A stretch of 64,000 nt of DNA from an uncultured Planctomycetales bacterium (GTDB lineage Bacteria; Omnitrophota; Gorgyraeia; Gygaellales; Profunditerraquicolaceae). This document shows positions 8,819 through 18,094 of this stretch, piece by piece. Location: the NCBI GenBank assembly GCA_964579435.1, contig CAZOGI010000001.1, positions 157,907-221,906 of the forward strand, written 5' to 3'. Within the stretch, counting starts at the first letter, position 1. Each line of letters opens with the position of its first letter. The notes beneath the pieces were generated by a model. That model did no database searches. It saw only the letters and a list, made by a program, of their open reading frames with translations, and was not told the DNA's origin. A program made the translations under genes and the position numbers.

Positions 8819-9710
8819 GCCCCGGATACGCTACAAACGCCGGAATTAAACGCAGCGGACGGTACGATCTCTTGACCGCTCGCAGGTTCTCCAGTCCGGA
8901 ATCGTCCATAACGTTGATAAACGGATACGCGCGGAGTTCCGCGCAGAGCTCGCGGAAGATATATTGGGCCGCCCCCTTCAACGCAAGGTCGGTGAATTCA
9001 AAGAGGACGCAGAATGTCCGGGGGCTCAAGGCCACCCCGAAGGTGAAGGCGCAGAGTATGCCGTCGGCCGTCGCCACCCGGCCGATGCCCCCGAGTTTTT
9101 CAAAACCATCCAGGAGCACCCGCAGGCAACTGAAGGTGTCCTCGAGCATGCCCCGGTAAAGCGGATCGCTGCTGCGCTCCCGGCGCTGGCACATCCACCG
9201 CTGAAAGAGGCGTACGCATTCCTGCCGGTCGCTGCCCCGGTACGGCCGGTACTGCGCCCGGCAGTGTTTGACGAAATAATTGTACGCGGCGCGCTTTGAT
9301 TTATAGGCGTTGCCCGTCAGCCGGGCAAGACAGGAGCGATCGCAGACGTACTCCCCGGATTTCTCGCTGCAAGAAAACCCGCCTTCGGCAAACAACGCAC
9401 GTTCCGGAGCTTCGATATTCTCGATCCGGGTAACGCCGCTTTCGCCGTTTATCCGGCGCAGGCGCTCACCCGCAGTACGCGCCGCCACGATCCTCTTGCC
9501 CTTACCCAGCGGTGGCAGAAAGAGGAACGCGCCGACGCGGTCCCGGAAAAACACGCACAGCTGTTCGTCGATGAGCTGCCATTCTATGCGATAGAGCTCT
9601 TGCCAGATAAAAATGGAAGCGAAGGCGTACGCGGACAATTCGTGTTCGCGCTCACCCAGAAACAAAGAAAAAGTCCGACGATGCGCATACTGCAGCTTAT
9701 GCAGGCTCAT
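8802..9710 (-). CDS. DUF2156 protein (like the C-terminal domain of phosphatidylglycerol lysyltransferase; aminoacyl-tRNA transferase fold)
   Basis: About 300 aa with the family-typical N-terminus (LSAYAFASIFIWQELYRIEW). Overlaps both neighbouring genes. Confidence 0.5.
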   Translation of the reverse strand: MSLHKLQYAHRRTFSLFLGEREHELSAYAFASIFIWQELYRIEWQLIDEQLCVFFRDRVGAFLFLPPLGKGKRIVAARTAGERLRRINGESGVTRIENIEAPERALFAEGGFSCSEKSGEYVCDRSCLARLTGNAYKSKRAAYNYFVKHCRAQYRPYRGSDRQECVRLFQRWMCQRRERSSDPLYRGMLEDTFSCLRVLLDGFEKLGGIGRVATADGILCAFTFGVALSPRTFCVLFEFTDLALKGAAQYIFRELCAELRAYPFINVMDDSGLENLRAVKRSYRPLRLIPAFVAYPGHGTGA

Positions 9711-10203
9711 GCGGGATATCCAGCTCGATAAGCTCCAAAACGTCCTCGTACGCCTGGATGATCTGCGGATTTTCGCTCAGGAGCCTGCGGTAGGCGCGGG
9801 AATTGAGCAGTTCGGTCAGCGAGGAGACATGCGCCTTGAACGCCGGCTGCGCCAGCCGGGAGGCGACATACGGGCAATTCAGGTCGACCGTCAATACCAC
9901 GCGCTTCTTGCGTACATTCAGCAGAAACGGATACAACTGGCATTCAAATGGCCGGGTCGCGTAGACCTTGCATTTGTTCGAAGCGCGCTCAAGGAACGGA
10001 CACCAGAAATATCCCGCGCTCTCGTCGGGCACCAGGACCAGCCGCTTATCCGGCGAGATCGAAACGGCGGGGGCGGCGGCGTCGACAAAGGAGAGGATCT
10101 CCTCCTCCAGCAGACAGGGCGCCCATGCCGAATGCGCCTCCCGGAACCGACAGCATCCCTGGCAGGAAAGGCAGACCTGCGACGGAACGAATTGCGGGAT
10201 CAT
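9697..10203 (-). CDS. YkgJ family cysteine-cluster protein (UPF0153)
   Basis: CLSCQGCCRF N-terminal Cys cluster plus downstream CPF and CQLYPF motifs. Confidence 0.6.
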   Translation of the reverse strand: MIPQFVPSQVCLSCQGCCRFREAHSAWAPCLLEEEILSFVDAAAPAVSISPDKRLVLVPDESAGYFWCPFLERASNKCKVYATRPFECQLYPFLLNVRKKRVVLTVDLNCPYVASRLAQPAFKAHVSSLTELLNSRAYRRLLSENPQIIQAYEDVLELIELDIPHEPA

Positions 10204-10520
10204 TTAACCACGCTGCCGACGGCGACCTTCTTTTCCGGAGTCACGATAACCGGACCGCTCTCACCCGATGCAGCCAGGAGCATCCCCTGGCTTTCGACAC
10301 CTCGCAGCATCGCGGGCTCCAAATTGTCGACCAGCACGACCTGCCTGCCGATCAGGGAGTCCTTGTCATAGGCGTTGCGGATCCCCGCAACGACCTGTTT
10401 GCTGCGGCCGCCGACGTCCAACGTTATAACGTAAAGCCGGTCTGCGTTCGGATGCTCAGTGACCGCGGTAATCTCGGCAATACGCAGCTCAAGCTTTTTA
10501 AAATCATCGATCGTGATCAT
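10200..10520 (-). CDS. free-standing tRNA-binding domain protein (CsaA/Trbp111-like OB fold)
   Basis: MITIDDFKKLELRIAEI...HPNADRLYV...QVVAGIRN matches the EMAP-II-like tRNA-binding domain found at aaRS termini. ATGA overlap with the ykgJ-like gene. Confidence 0.75.
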   Translation of the reverse strand: MITIDDFKKLELRIAEITAVTEHPNADRLYVITLDVGGRSKQVVAGIRNAYDKDSLIGRQVVLVDNLEPAMLRGVESQGMLLAASGESGPVIVTPEKKVAVGSVVK

Positions 10521-10544
10521 ACCCCCTCCGGTGCCCCGCTGCCG

Positions 10545-12068
10545 TTAGAACGTCCATTCCAAAGACAACTCTACCTGGTAAGCCGCATCCGCCTTTGCGT
10601 CTCCCCGCACGAAAGGGGTCAAAAGGCTCCCGTCGACGTCATCGCGCCGCTCCCGGTAAAAATTCCCGGGGATAAAGTAACCGGCAAGCAGGCTTACCAG
10701 GGCGCGTTCGTTCATTTGATAATCGAGCGTCACATCCACTTCATAGCCCAGCTCTGCCGAGAGCGCGCGCGGCTCCCCTTCCCACATGCCGACCCCCCGG
10801 GCAAAACAACGAAGATAGTATCCCTGCACCGTCACCAACACCGCATCGGTGAGGGATACCTCACAGCCCAGAGAAGGCATCAGCAGATTATCGTAATCAG
10901 ACGCCCCGAAGGTCCCGGGACGGGGAACCCCGTAATTGAGACCCCACCCGCTGCCCATTGCCACCAGCGGCTTGGCATCGCAGCTCTCCTGGCCGATGGA
11001 GTCGCCCTGGGCCTGATTGAGCGACGAGAAGACGCTGAACGCCCGGTTTTTGCCGCGGGAGAGTGTCGCATCTTGCGCCAACACTTCCTCCTCGGTAACG
11101 GCGTTGCCGGAACAGACGAGGAATTCCCCGAACGGGACGACCCGTTCTTTCCCGTAGGCTACCCTGCCGTATACCAGATATCCCTGATGCTGAATATCCT
11201 TAAAGGAGGGGTCGCCGCTTTGGGCAACCCCGAAATTGCGGGCGCACTCCGCCTTGAACGCAAAAGGCGCAGCCTCATAGGTCAGGGCAAACCCTGCGGT
11301 GCCGAGGATATCGTGCTTTACCGGCGCGCCCCAGAGCGAATCGCGTTTGCCGGCCGCAGTATAATCGCTTAGTACCCCGCAGTACGGCTGCAGCCACAGC
11401 CGCTCCCTGCGCCAGGAGAGATCAGCTGCCCAGAAGTTGATCGCCCCCGGATGGTAATCAATCCCTTGCTCCTCGTCCTGACGGATACGCGCACCGAGAT
11501 GGTTTTTCAGGTGCGCGTCCGGCCGGCAGTAGTAGAGGTGCCAGGAGAACGGCTCCGCCTCGCGGTACAATTTCACGCCGATGTTCTCATAACTGCCGTT
11601 GAGGCTCATCCCCAGTCCGACGACATAGCTCGTCAGGCCGGCCTGGACCCGGAAACGGTCCCGCCAGGGCACATCCACCCACAACTCCTCCAACTGCGGG
11701 AGAAGCTCATCGTCACGGTACGCCTCGATGCGGCCGCCCGACGTCAAAAGAGCATTGCTTACCCACAGCGGCGCCGAATAATCGAACGGCCCGTTGCGTT
11801 CTATCTTCAGATATGCCCGCAGGCCATCGTCTTTGTGCGTATACCCCAACCCCAGGCTGTAATCAAACCCGATCGACGCGCTGCGGTCATCGGTGTTGCG
11901 ATGATCGAGGTCCACCGTATTCTCGAAAGTCACCGCATCCGTGCGTTGATACAGCTGCAGGGTCACCTCGGCCCGGGGCGTATCCATAACCGTCAAAGCC
12001 TGCGCGCCGCCTCCGCCGGCACACAGCACCCCCGCCAGACCAAAAACAAGAAAAACTGCCCGCCGCAT
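10545..12068 (-). CDS. outer-membrane beta-barrel protein (signal peptide, C-terminal aromatic residue)
   Basis: MRRAVFLVFGLAGVLCAGGGGAQA signal, alternating amphipathic strands, ends ...LSLEWTF. Confidence 0.5.
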   Translation of the reverse strand: MRRAVFLVFGLAGVLCAGGGGAQALTVMDTPRAEVTLQLYQRTDAVTFENTVDLDHRNTDDRSASIGFDYSLGLGYTHKDDGLRAYLKIERNGPFDYSAPLWVSNALLTSGGRIEAYRDDELLPQLEELWVDVPWRDRFRVQAGLTSYVVGLGMSLNGSYENIGVKLYREAEPFSWHLYYCRPDAHLKNHLGARIRQDEEQGIDYHPGAINFWAADLSWRRERLWLQPYCGVLSDYTAAGKRDSLWGAPVKHDILGTAGFALTYEAAPFAFKAECARNFGVAQSGDPSFKDIQHQGYLVYGRVAYGKERVVPFGEFLVCSGNAVTEEEVLAQDATLSRGKNRAFSVFSSLNQAQGDSIGQESCDAKPLVAMGSGWGLNYGVPRPGTFGASDYDNLLMPSLGCEVSLTDAVLVTVQGYYLRCFARGVGMWEGEPRALSAELGYEVDVTLDYQMNERALVSLLAGYFIPGNFYRERRDDVDGSLLTPFVRGDAKADAAYQVELSLEWTF

Positions 12069-12096
12069 ATCAGCCTCCCGTGAACGGGCTGCGTTC

Positions 12097-12468
12097 CTAT
12101 TGCAGATATTTGCGGATAAACCGGAAGAGCTCTTGCCACTGGAACGGCTTTATAAAGTAATCCTTGGCGCCGAAGGCCATCCCCTCCTCGATATACTGGG
12201 TCTGGCCTTTGGCCGTCACCATGATAACCGGGATCTCGTGGGTGGCATCATGGGCCTTGAGCTGCCGCAGGAGCGTCAATCCGTCCGGGTGCGGCATGAG
12301 GATATCCAGGAGGATGAGGTCCGGCCGCTCTTGGACCGCCAGGGCGAGCGCTTCGGAGGAGTTGGTGGCGCAGATCGCCCGGTACCCTTCGCGCTCCAGG
12401 CGTTCCCGCATGAGCGAGACCACCTCTGGTTCGTCGTCGATCACCAGCAGCGTGTACGGTTTCTTCAT
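12097..12468 (-). CDS. single-domain response regulator (CheY-like receiver)
   Basis: MKKPYTLLVIDDE...DLILLDILMP...VIMVTAKG...K motifs. Start taken at the internal ATG (12468) that overlaps the rSAM stop (ATGA). The ORF-track N-terminal extension is non-coding-like. Confidence 0.75.
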   Translation of the reverse strand: MKKPYTLLVIDDEPEVVSLMRERLEREGYRAICATNSSEALALAVQERPDLILLDILMPHPDGLTLLRQLKAHDATHEIPVIMVTAKGQTQYIEEGMAFGAKDYFIKPFQWQELFRFIRKYLQ

Positions 12469-13877
12469 CTGCCTCGCAACAGCATCTTGGCCAAACCCCA
12501 GGCTGCCTGCATATTGAGCCTGAACCGGTTGAGACTGCGCATGCGCAGGAACTCCCTGACGATCTTGGACGGACGCAGATAAAAAGAACGGTATGCCCGG
12601 TGCTGCCATGCCAGCAACTCCTCCGGAGTCAACCCCGGGAGACGATGGATCGGCGGCGTATGGATCCCGAAACGGCGGTAATCGCGGGTCAGGATCGCGT
12701 CTTTGCTCAGGAGGAAATCGTACACCTCGCTTCCGGGATAGGGCTTCAGGATATGGAATTTGGCGATGTCCGGATCGAGCTCTTGGGCAAAGGATATCGT
12801 CTGACGGATCGAATCGGGGGTCTCCGCAGGCAACCCGATCATAAAAAACCCCCACAGCTCCAGGCGTAATTCCCGCGCCAGCGCGAACACCTCTTTGAGC
12901 CGGGCGATGTGCGTTCCCTTATGCGCCGCGTCCAGAACCTCCTGGCTGCCGGATTCCACCCCGATAGCCAGACTGTAGGTCCCCATCTCCTTGAGCGCCG
13001 TTAATACCTCGCGCGAAAGAAAATCGGCGCGGATCCCGTTGGGAAAGGCGAAACAGACCTTGAGCTTGCGCCGCTGGATCTCGTCGCGGATGGCGAAGAC
13101 CCGTTGGCGGTCGGTCGTGAAATTGTCGTCCCAGACATGGATCTCGCGGATACCGTAGCGGCGCACCAACTGTTCGATTTCATCGGCAACCCGCAGCGCG
13201 CTGTGCGCCCGGAAGACCCGGCCGCAAACCCGGTGTGACATGCAGTAGCTGCACCGGCCGGGACAGCCGCGGCTGGTCATGATCGGCGCGGTCCGGCGGT
13301 AAAGCGCGTCGGGATACGTGTAGTGGGTGACCGAAAAAAGGTGCCGTGCCGGAAAGGGCAACCGGTCCAGATCCGTCAGAAGCGGACGCGCTTCATTTTC
13401 GACAATACCCCCGGTTTCGTCCTTGTATGAGAGCCCGCGCACGCCGGCATAAGAACCCCCGGCCTTCAGACAATCAACCAGCTCCCGCAGCGTCTCCTCC
13501 CCTTCCCCGCGCACGACCATATCGACCGCCGGATTCCGCAACACCTCCCGCGGCAGGATCGTCGGATGCGTTCCCCCGAAAACGACGCGGGTCTGCGGAC
13601 TGTATCGCTTGACCGCGGCAGCCAGGTCAAACGCGGTAAAGAGCAGCGGGGTCGTGACGGTGCAGCCGAAAAGGTCGAAACGTTCGGCGCGGATCAGCGC
13701 GACAAAATCGTCGAGCGTCAGGCGCTGGGCCTCCATATCCACCACGCGCACCTCTTCCTGCAGGAGCATCGCCGCCAGGTAGGCCAGTCCCATATGCAGC
13801 TGCACCGGGGAGCGCATCGGCCCGTAGATATCGCTGGCGGGGGGATTGACCAGCAGGATGCGTACGTTCTTTTTCAT
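12465..13877 (-). CDS. B12-binding radical SAM protein (class B)
   Basis: N-terminal cobalamin-binding Rossmann region, CxxxCxxC motif (TSRGCPGRCSYC), C-terminal rSAM extension. Start taken at MKKNVRILLV. Confidence 0.8.
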   Translation of the reverse strand: MKKNVRILLVNPPASDIYGPMRSPVQLHMGLAYLAAMLLQEEVRVVDMEAQRLTLDDFVALIRAERFDLFGCTVTTPLLFTAFDLAAAVKRYSPQTRVVFGGTHPTILPREVLRNPAVDMVVRGEGEETLRELVDCLKAGGSYAGVRGLSYKDETGGIVENEARPLLTDLDRLPFPARHLFSVTHYTYPDALYRRTAPIMTSRGCPGRCSYCMSHRVCGRVFRAHSALRVADEIEQLVRRYGIREIHVWDDNFTTDRQRVFAIRDEIQRRKLKVCFAFPNGIRADFLSREVLTALKEMGTYSLAIGVESGSQEVLDAAHKGTHIARLKEVFALARELRLELWGFFMIGLPAETPDSIRQTISFAQELDPDIAKFHILKPYPGSEVYDFLLSKDAILTRDYRRFGIHTPPIHRLPGLTPEELLAWQHRAYRSFYLRPSKIVREFLRMRSLNRFRLNMQAAWGLAKMLLRGR

Positions 13878-13898
13878 CGTGGCAGAGGAGGCGTCGTT

Positions 13899-13933
13899 AA
13901 AAAAAACTCCGCACAAAACGTGCGGAGTTTTTT
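13899..13933 (-). terminator. intrinsic terminator hairpin flanked by A-run and T-run (works on both strands)
   Basis: aaaaaaaACTCCGCACaaaacGTGCGGAGTtttttt: 9-bp stem, 5-nt loop, U-run on the minus strand about 80 nt after the entericidin-like gene. Confidence 0.6.
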
Positions 13934-14014
13934 GTTCGGCTTGCGTTTACCCCGTAAAACCACAGCGGAATAGGCGTTTCCCGCGCGCGGCGCGGCGCGG
14001 GAAGAAAAACGGAC

Positions 14015-14173
14015 TTACCACAAATGTTCCCGCATCCAGGCGTCGGCCTCCTGCAGATTGACGTTGGTGTTCTCGATGTCCTTCGCGGCACCTTTCATTG
14101 TCTCGCAACCGGCAGACAAAAAGAGGCAGCCGAGCACAAACAAAAGCGCCAACCCTGTTGCCCTTCTTCTCAT
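14015..14173 (-). CDS. entericidin (EcnA/B) family small lipoprotein
   Basis: 52-aa ORF MRRRATGLALLFVLGCLFLSAGCETMKGAAKDIENTNVNLQEADAWMREHLW. Lipobox plus the GC-x-T-x-K/R-G-x-x-K-D-I pattern typical of entericidins. ATG overlaps the gltX stop (ATGA). Below the ORF-track length cutoff. Confidence 0.5.
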   Translation of the reverse strand: MRRRATGLALLFVLGCLFLSAGCETMKGAAKDIENTNVNLQEADAWMREHLW

Positions 14174-15474
14174 ACGCCGCTCCTTTGTATCCATCGTTCG
14201 AGCCGCTCCTCGGTACGCGCCCTTCCCAGACAGGCAATGGTCTCAAACAGGCCCGGGCCAACCGTTTTTCCGGTCAGCACGACCCGCAAAGGATGAACCA
14301 GTTCCCGCGCCTCGATCTTCAGCTCACCCACGAGGCCCCGGAACGTCTCTTCGATCGAAATGGCATCCCAATGCGCCAGTCCGTTGAGGCGCTCGCGCAA
14401 CAGACTCAGCGCTTCGGACCAGTCTCTCTTTAGATACTTCTGCCGCGCCTGCTCCTCGATGGCGTAATCGTCGCGGAAGAAAAAATCGGCACGGCCGGGA
14501 AAATCGGTTAAACGGGTAAGCCGTTCTTTGAATAATTGTACCAAAGAAACCAGATAGTTTCTATCAAATTTATCGGGTGAGAGCAATCCCGCTCCTTCCA
14601 ACAGCGGCAGGAGCATCTCCGCCAGCTGCTGCGGATCAGCGGCGCGGATATACTGGTTGTTCATCCAGTCCAGCTTCTTCATATCGAAAGTCGCGGCGGT
14701 CTTGTTCACGGCACGGATATCGAAGAGGCGAACCGCCTCTTCGGGAACGATGATCTCCCGGTCGTCCTTGGGAGACCAGCTCAAAAGCAAAAGATAGTTG
14801 ACCAGGGCCGCCGCCAGATATCCCATCTGGCGGTATTCCGAGATCGCCGTCGCACCGGTGCGCTTGGAGAGGCGCCCCCCCTCGATACCCATGATCAGCG
14901 GCAGATGCGCAAACGCCGGGAGGTCGAAACCGAGAGCCTCATAGAGGAGCACCTGCTTGGGGGTGTTGGAGATGTGATCGTCTCCCCGGATGACATGGGT
15001 GATCCCCATGAGCGCGTCGTCGACGACACAGGCGAAATTGTAGGTCGGGGTGCCGTCGGACTTGATCAAGACCTGATCCTTGATCACGCCGGAGTCAAAC
15101 GAAATTTCGCCGCGGATCAGGTCTTTGACGACGATCGGGCGCGGGACGACCTTGAAGAAGATCGCCTCGCCTTTGCCTTCGGTCGTCTGAAGATACGCCG
15201 CGCCCTCCCGAAGGAGGCGTTCTGCCTGCTGGCGGTAGAACGCAACGCGCTGGCTCTGGAAAAACAGCTCGTCCCAGGAAAACCCCAGCCACGTCAGGCT
15301 CTGCAGGATCTCGTCGACATACTCCTGTTTGGAGCGCGCCTGGTCCGTATCCTCGATGCGCAGGATAAACGTTCCCTTCTGCGCGCGCGCATAGAGCCAG
15401 TTGAAGAGCGCAGTGCGCGCACCGCCGATATGCAGGAATCCGGTAGGGCTGGGAGCGAACCGAACGCGGGTCAT
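14170..15474 (-). CDS. gltX: glutamate--tRNA ligase (short form, 434 aa)
   Basis: HIGGARTALFNW (HIGH) and LSKR motifs, class I catalytic core. Shorter than typical GluRS. Confidence 0.8.
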   Translation of the reverse strand: MTRVRFAPSPTGFLHIGGARTALFNWLYARAQKGTFILRIEDTDQARSKQEYVDEILQSLTWLGFSWDELFFQSQRVAFYRQQAERLLREGAAYLQTTEGKGEAIFFKVVPRPIVVKDLIRGEISFDSGVIKDQVLIKSDGTPTYNFACVVDDALMGITHVIRGDDHISNTPKQVLLYEALGFDLPAFAHLPLIMGIEGGRLSKRTGATAISEYRQMGYLAAALVNYLLLLSWSPKDDREIIVPEEAVRLFDIRAVNKTAATFDMKKLDWMNNQYIRAADPQQLAEMLLPLLEGAGLLSPDKFDRNYLVSLVQLFKERLTRLTDFPGRADFFFRDDYAIEEQARQKYLKRDWSEALSLLRERLNGLAHWDAISIEETFRGLVGELKIEARELVHPLRVVLTGKTVGPGLFETIACLGRARTEERLERWIQRSGV

Positions 15475-15995
15475 GCCTGCGCCGCCTCCCTGCCGCGCTC
15501 AAAGGCGCGGCGGTTCAATTCCAGGAGCCCCCGCTTATCCGCGGGAGCGATCGATTCCATCGCCCGCACGATCGCCGCGGCAGCGACCACCGGCCGGCGC
15601 GCCAGATAATAACCGAGTGCTATCATATTCGCTACCTTGATATCCCCTATCTCCAGTGCCAGATCGGTAAACCGCTCCCCCGTTGCGCCCGGCGCGGCGG
15701 GGATCAACGAGCGGTTCAGGATCAGAAGACCTCCCCGGCAGACGCGACTTCGAAAACGCTCAAACGATGGCCCGTTCATGATGATCCCCGTATCCGCCTG
15801 CTCGATGTAGGGGAACCCGATCTCCCGATCGGAAATAATCGTCATGCAGTAGGCAGTCCCGCCGCGCACCTCCGCCCCGTAGGCGGGCAGCCAGGTCGTC
15901 GCCTTCCCCGTGATCATGGCGGCAGTGGCCAGGACCTTGCCCAGGACCATGATCCCCTGGCCGCCTGACCCGGCAATGATAATCTTTTCCTCCAT
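15471..15995 (-). CDS. korC: 2-oxoacid:ferredoxin oxidoreductase gamma subunit
   Basis: MEEKIIIAGSGGQGIM N-terminus typical of the gamma subunit. Confidence 0.8.
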   Translation of the reverse strand: MEEKIIIAGSGGQGIMVLGKVLATAAMITGKATTWLPAYGAEVRGGTAYCMTIISDREIGFPYIEQADTGIIMNGPSFERFRSRVCRGGLLILNRSLIPAAPGATGERFTDLALEIGDIKVANMIALGYYLARRPVVAAAAIVRAMESIAPADKRGLLELNRRAFERGREAAQA

Positions 15996-16011
15996 GCATC
16001 TGCTCCTTCGC

Positions 16012-16755
16012 CTACTTCAGTTTGCCCAGCGGGTACGCCTTCAGGAGCGTCGATTCGATCCAATCAAGAGAAGCCGGCGCAGAAAGATGCCAGTAGGTCG
16101 GACAGGGGGAGAGAACCTCGACGAGGGAAAACCCACGCCCATCCAGTTGATTCTGGAATGCGCTGCGCAGCGCCCCATACGCCCGGCGCACCTGCTGCGG
16201 GGCGTGGAGAGAAACACGCTCGACCGAAAAAACGCCGGGGGACAACGCCAGCATCTCCGAAATCCGCAGCGGAAATCCGTGTTGACGCGCGTCCCGGCCG
16301 TGGGGGGAAGTCGCCGTGCGTTGTCCGCCGATCGTCGTCGGCGCCATCTGTCCGCCGGTCATGCCGTAGACGGCGTTGTTCACGAAGACCACCGTCAGGT
16401 TCTCCCCCCGGTTCGCCGCATGAATGGTCTCCGCCGTTCCGATCGCCGCCAGGTCCCCGTCCCCCTGATAGGTGAAGACCACCACCTCGGGACGCACGCG
16501 CTTTATCGCCGTTGCCACTGCCAGGGCCCTGCCGTGCGCGGCCTCAGAACAATCGAAGCGCCAGTAGTTGTAGGCGATTACCGCACACCCTACCGGGGCA
16601 ACCGCAACCACGCGCTCCCGCAGCCCCAACTCATCGATCACCTGGGCAACAAGACGATGTACGACCCCGTGGCCGCACCCGGGACAATAGTGGGTCGGCT
16701 CCTGCCGCAGGGCAGCGGGACGACAGAAGAGCGGCTGTTCTTTTTCTTTCCTCAT
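16012..16755 (-). CDS. korB: 2-oxoacid:ferredoxin oxidoreductase beta subunit (TPP-binding)
   Basis: CPGCGHG and GDGD TPP-binding motifs. Start at internal ATG 16755 (MRKEKEQPLFC). Confidence 0.8.
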   Translation of the reverse strand: MRKEKEQPLFCRPAALRQEPTHYCPGCGHGVVHRLVAQVIDELGLRERVVAVAPVGCAVIAYNYWRFDCSEAAHGRALAVATAIKRVRPEVVVFTYQGDGDLAAIGTAETIHAANRGENLTVVFVNNAVYGMTGGQMAPTTIGGQRTATSPHGRDARQHGFPLRISEMLALSPGVFSVERVSLHAPQQVRRAYGALRSAFQNQLDGRGFSLVEVLSPCPTYWHLSAPASLDWIESTLLKAYPLGKLK

Positions 16756-16799
16756 CGATCGTTTCTTTGTCTCTGCGCCCGCGCAAGGGCTTTTATTCT

Positions 16800-17870
16800 T
16801 CACAAGCCGCGCAGCGCCTTTTCGACCTGCGATTCGGACGGAATTCCTCCTCCGGCGCGCCCCAAAAAAGCAACCGCGGCCTTTCCGTTGACGGCCAGAC
16901 GTACATCCTCGACAAGCTGCCCGTATGACATCTCCACCACCAGAAAGCGGATCCGACGACGCCGGCGCAGCAGCGCAGAAAACGCCTGCTGCGGGAACGG
17001 CCAAAGCGTTTTCGGGCAGAACAGTCCCACGCGCGCGCCCCTTTCCCGGGCCGAGCGCACGACGTTCTGGGCAACGCGGGCCATGCTGCCGTAGGCGACA
17101 AGTACGATGTCGGCGTCCGGGAGCGAAAGGGCAACGCTGCGCTGCTCGCGCGCACAGACCATCCGGTATTTTGCCTGCAGGCGCTGATTAACCGTCTCCA
17201 GGGCGCCCTCTTGCAGATAAAAAGAACGCACGACGCGGGGGGCGCGGTTACGGCAACCGGTCAACGCCCATGCCGGGCTTTTTTCGCGCGCGTCGCATCT
17301 GCGCCGATACCCGTAGCGGACCGGCTCGCGCATCTGACCCAGCAGCCCGTCCGCCAGTACCAGCGCCGGCATGCGGTATCGATCGGCCAAATCAAACGCA
17401 AGGGGCATAAAGGCATACGCCTCCTGCACCGACGCAGGGGCCAGGACGATCGAATGGTAATCGCCGTGCCCGCCGCCGCGGGTCGCCTGGAAGTAATCCG
17501 ACTGGGCTGCGGCAATATTGCCCAGCCCCGGACCGCCGCGCATGACATTGACAACGACTGCCGGCAGCTCGGCGCCCGCGATATAGGAAAGCCCTTCCTG
17601 CATCAGGCTGATCCCGGGGCTTGAAGACGAGGTCATCGCCCGCACGCCTGCGGCTGCGGCGCCGAACACCATGTTGATCGCCGCCAGCTCCGATTCCGCC
17701 TGCAGAAAAACGCCGCCCTGCCCGGGCAGATGCTGCGCCATATGGGCGATCAGCTCGTTTTGGGGGGTAATCGGATAGCCAGCATAAAACCGGCAGCCGG
17801 CATGAAGGGCGCCGGTTGCGATCGCCTCATTGCCGCTTGCCAGTTCCCACGGAATCCGCTTCGCGCTCAA
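16800..17870 (-). CDS. korA: 2-oxoacid:ferredoxin oxidoreductase alpha subunit
   Basis: MSAKRIPWELASGNEAIATGALHAGCRFYAGYPITPQNE, typical of the KorA/PorA N-terminus. Confidence 0.8.
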   Translation of the reverse strand: MSAKRIPWELASGNEAIATGALHAGCRFYAGYPITPQNELIAHMAQHLPGQGGVFLQAESELAAINMVFGAAAAGVRAMTSSSSPGISLMQEGLSYIAGAELPAVVVNVMRGGPGLGNIAAAQSDYFQATRGGGHGDYHSIVLAPASVQEAYAFMPLAFDLADRYRMPALVLADGLLGQMREPVRYGYRRRCDAREKSPAWALTGCRNRAPRVVRSFYLQEGALETVNQRLQAKYRMVCAREQRSVALSLPDADIVLVAYGSMARVAQNVVRSARERGARVGLFCPKTLWPFPQQAFSALLRRRRRIRFLVVEMSYGQLVEDVRLAVNGKAAVAFLGRAGGGIPSESQVEKALRGL

Positions 17871-18088
17871 CGTCGTCTTCCTTGCGTTCTATGAATCTCG
17901 ATGCAGGTCTCCGGGCAGATCAGAAAGCACTGCCCGCAGCCGCTGCAGGCGTCGCTTTTTTTCGGGACGACGAAACGCGTCCCTCTCTTATTAACCCCTT
18001 CGCCCGCCGCCAGTATTTTCTTCGGGCAAACCCGCAGACAGAGGAAACACCCTTTGCAGAATTCTTTATCGACGCGAACGACAGCCAT
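17867..18088 (-). CDS. korD: 4Fe-4S ferredoxin delta subunit of the oxidoreductase
   Basis: Two CxxCxxCxxxCP motifs in 73 aa. Overlaps the korA start. Confidence 0.75.
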   Translation of the reverse strand: MAVVRVDKEFCKGCFLCLRVCPKKILAAGEGVNKRGTRFVVPKKSDACSGCGQCFLICPETCIEIHRTQGRRR

Positions 18089-18094
18089 CGCTTT

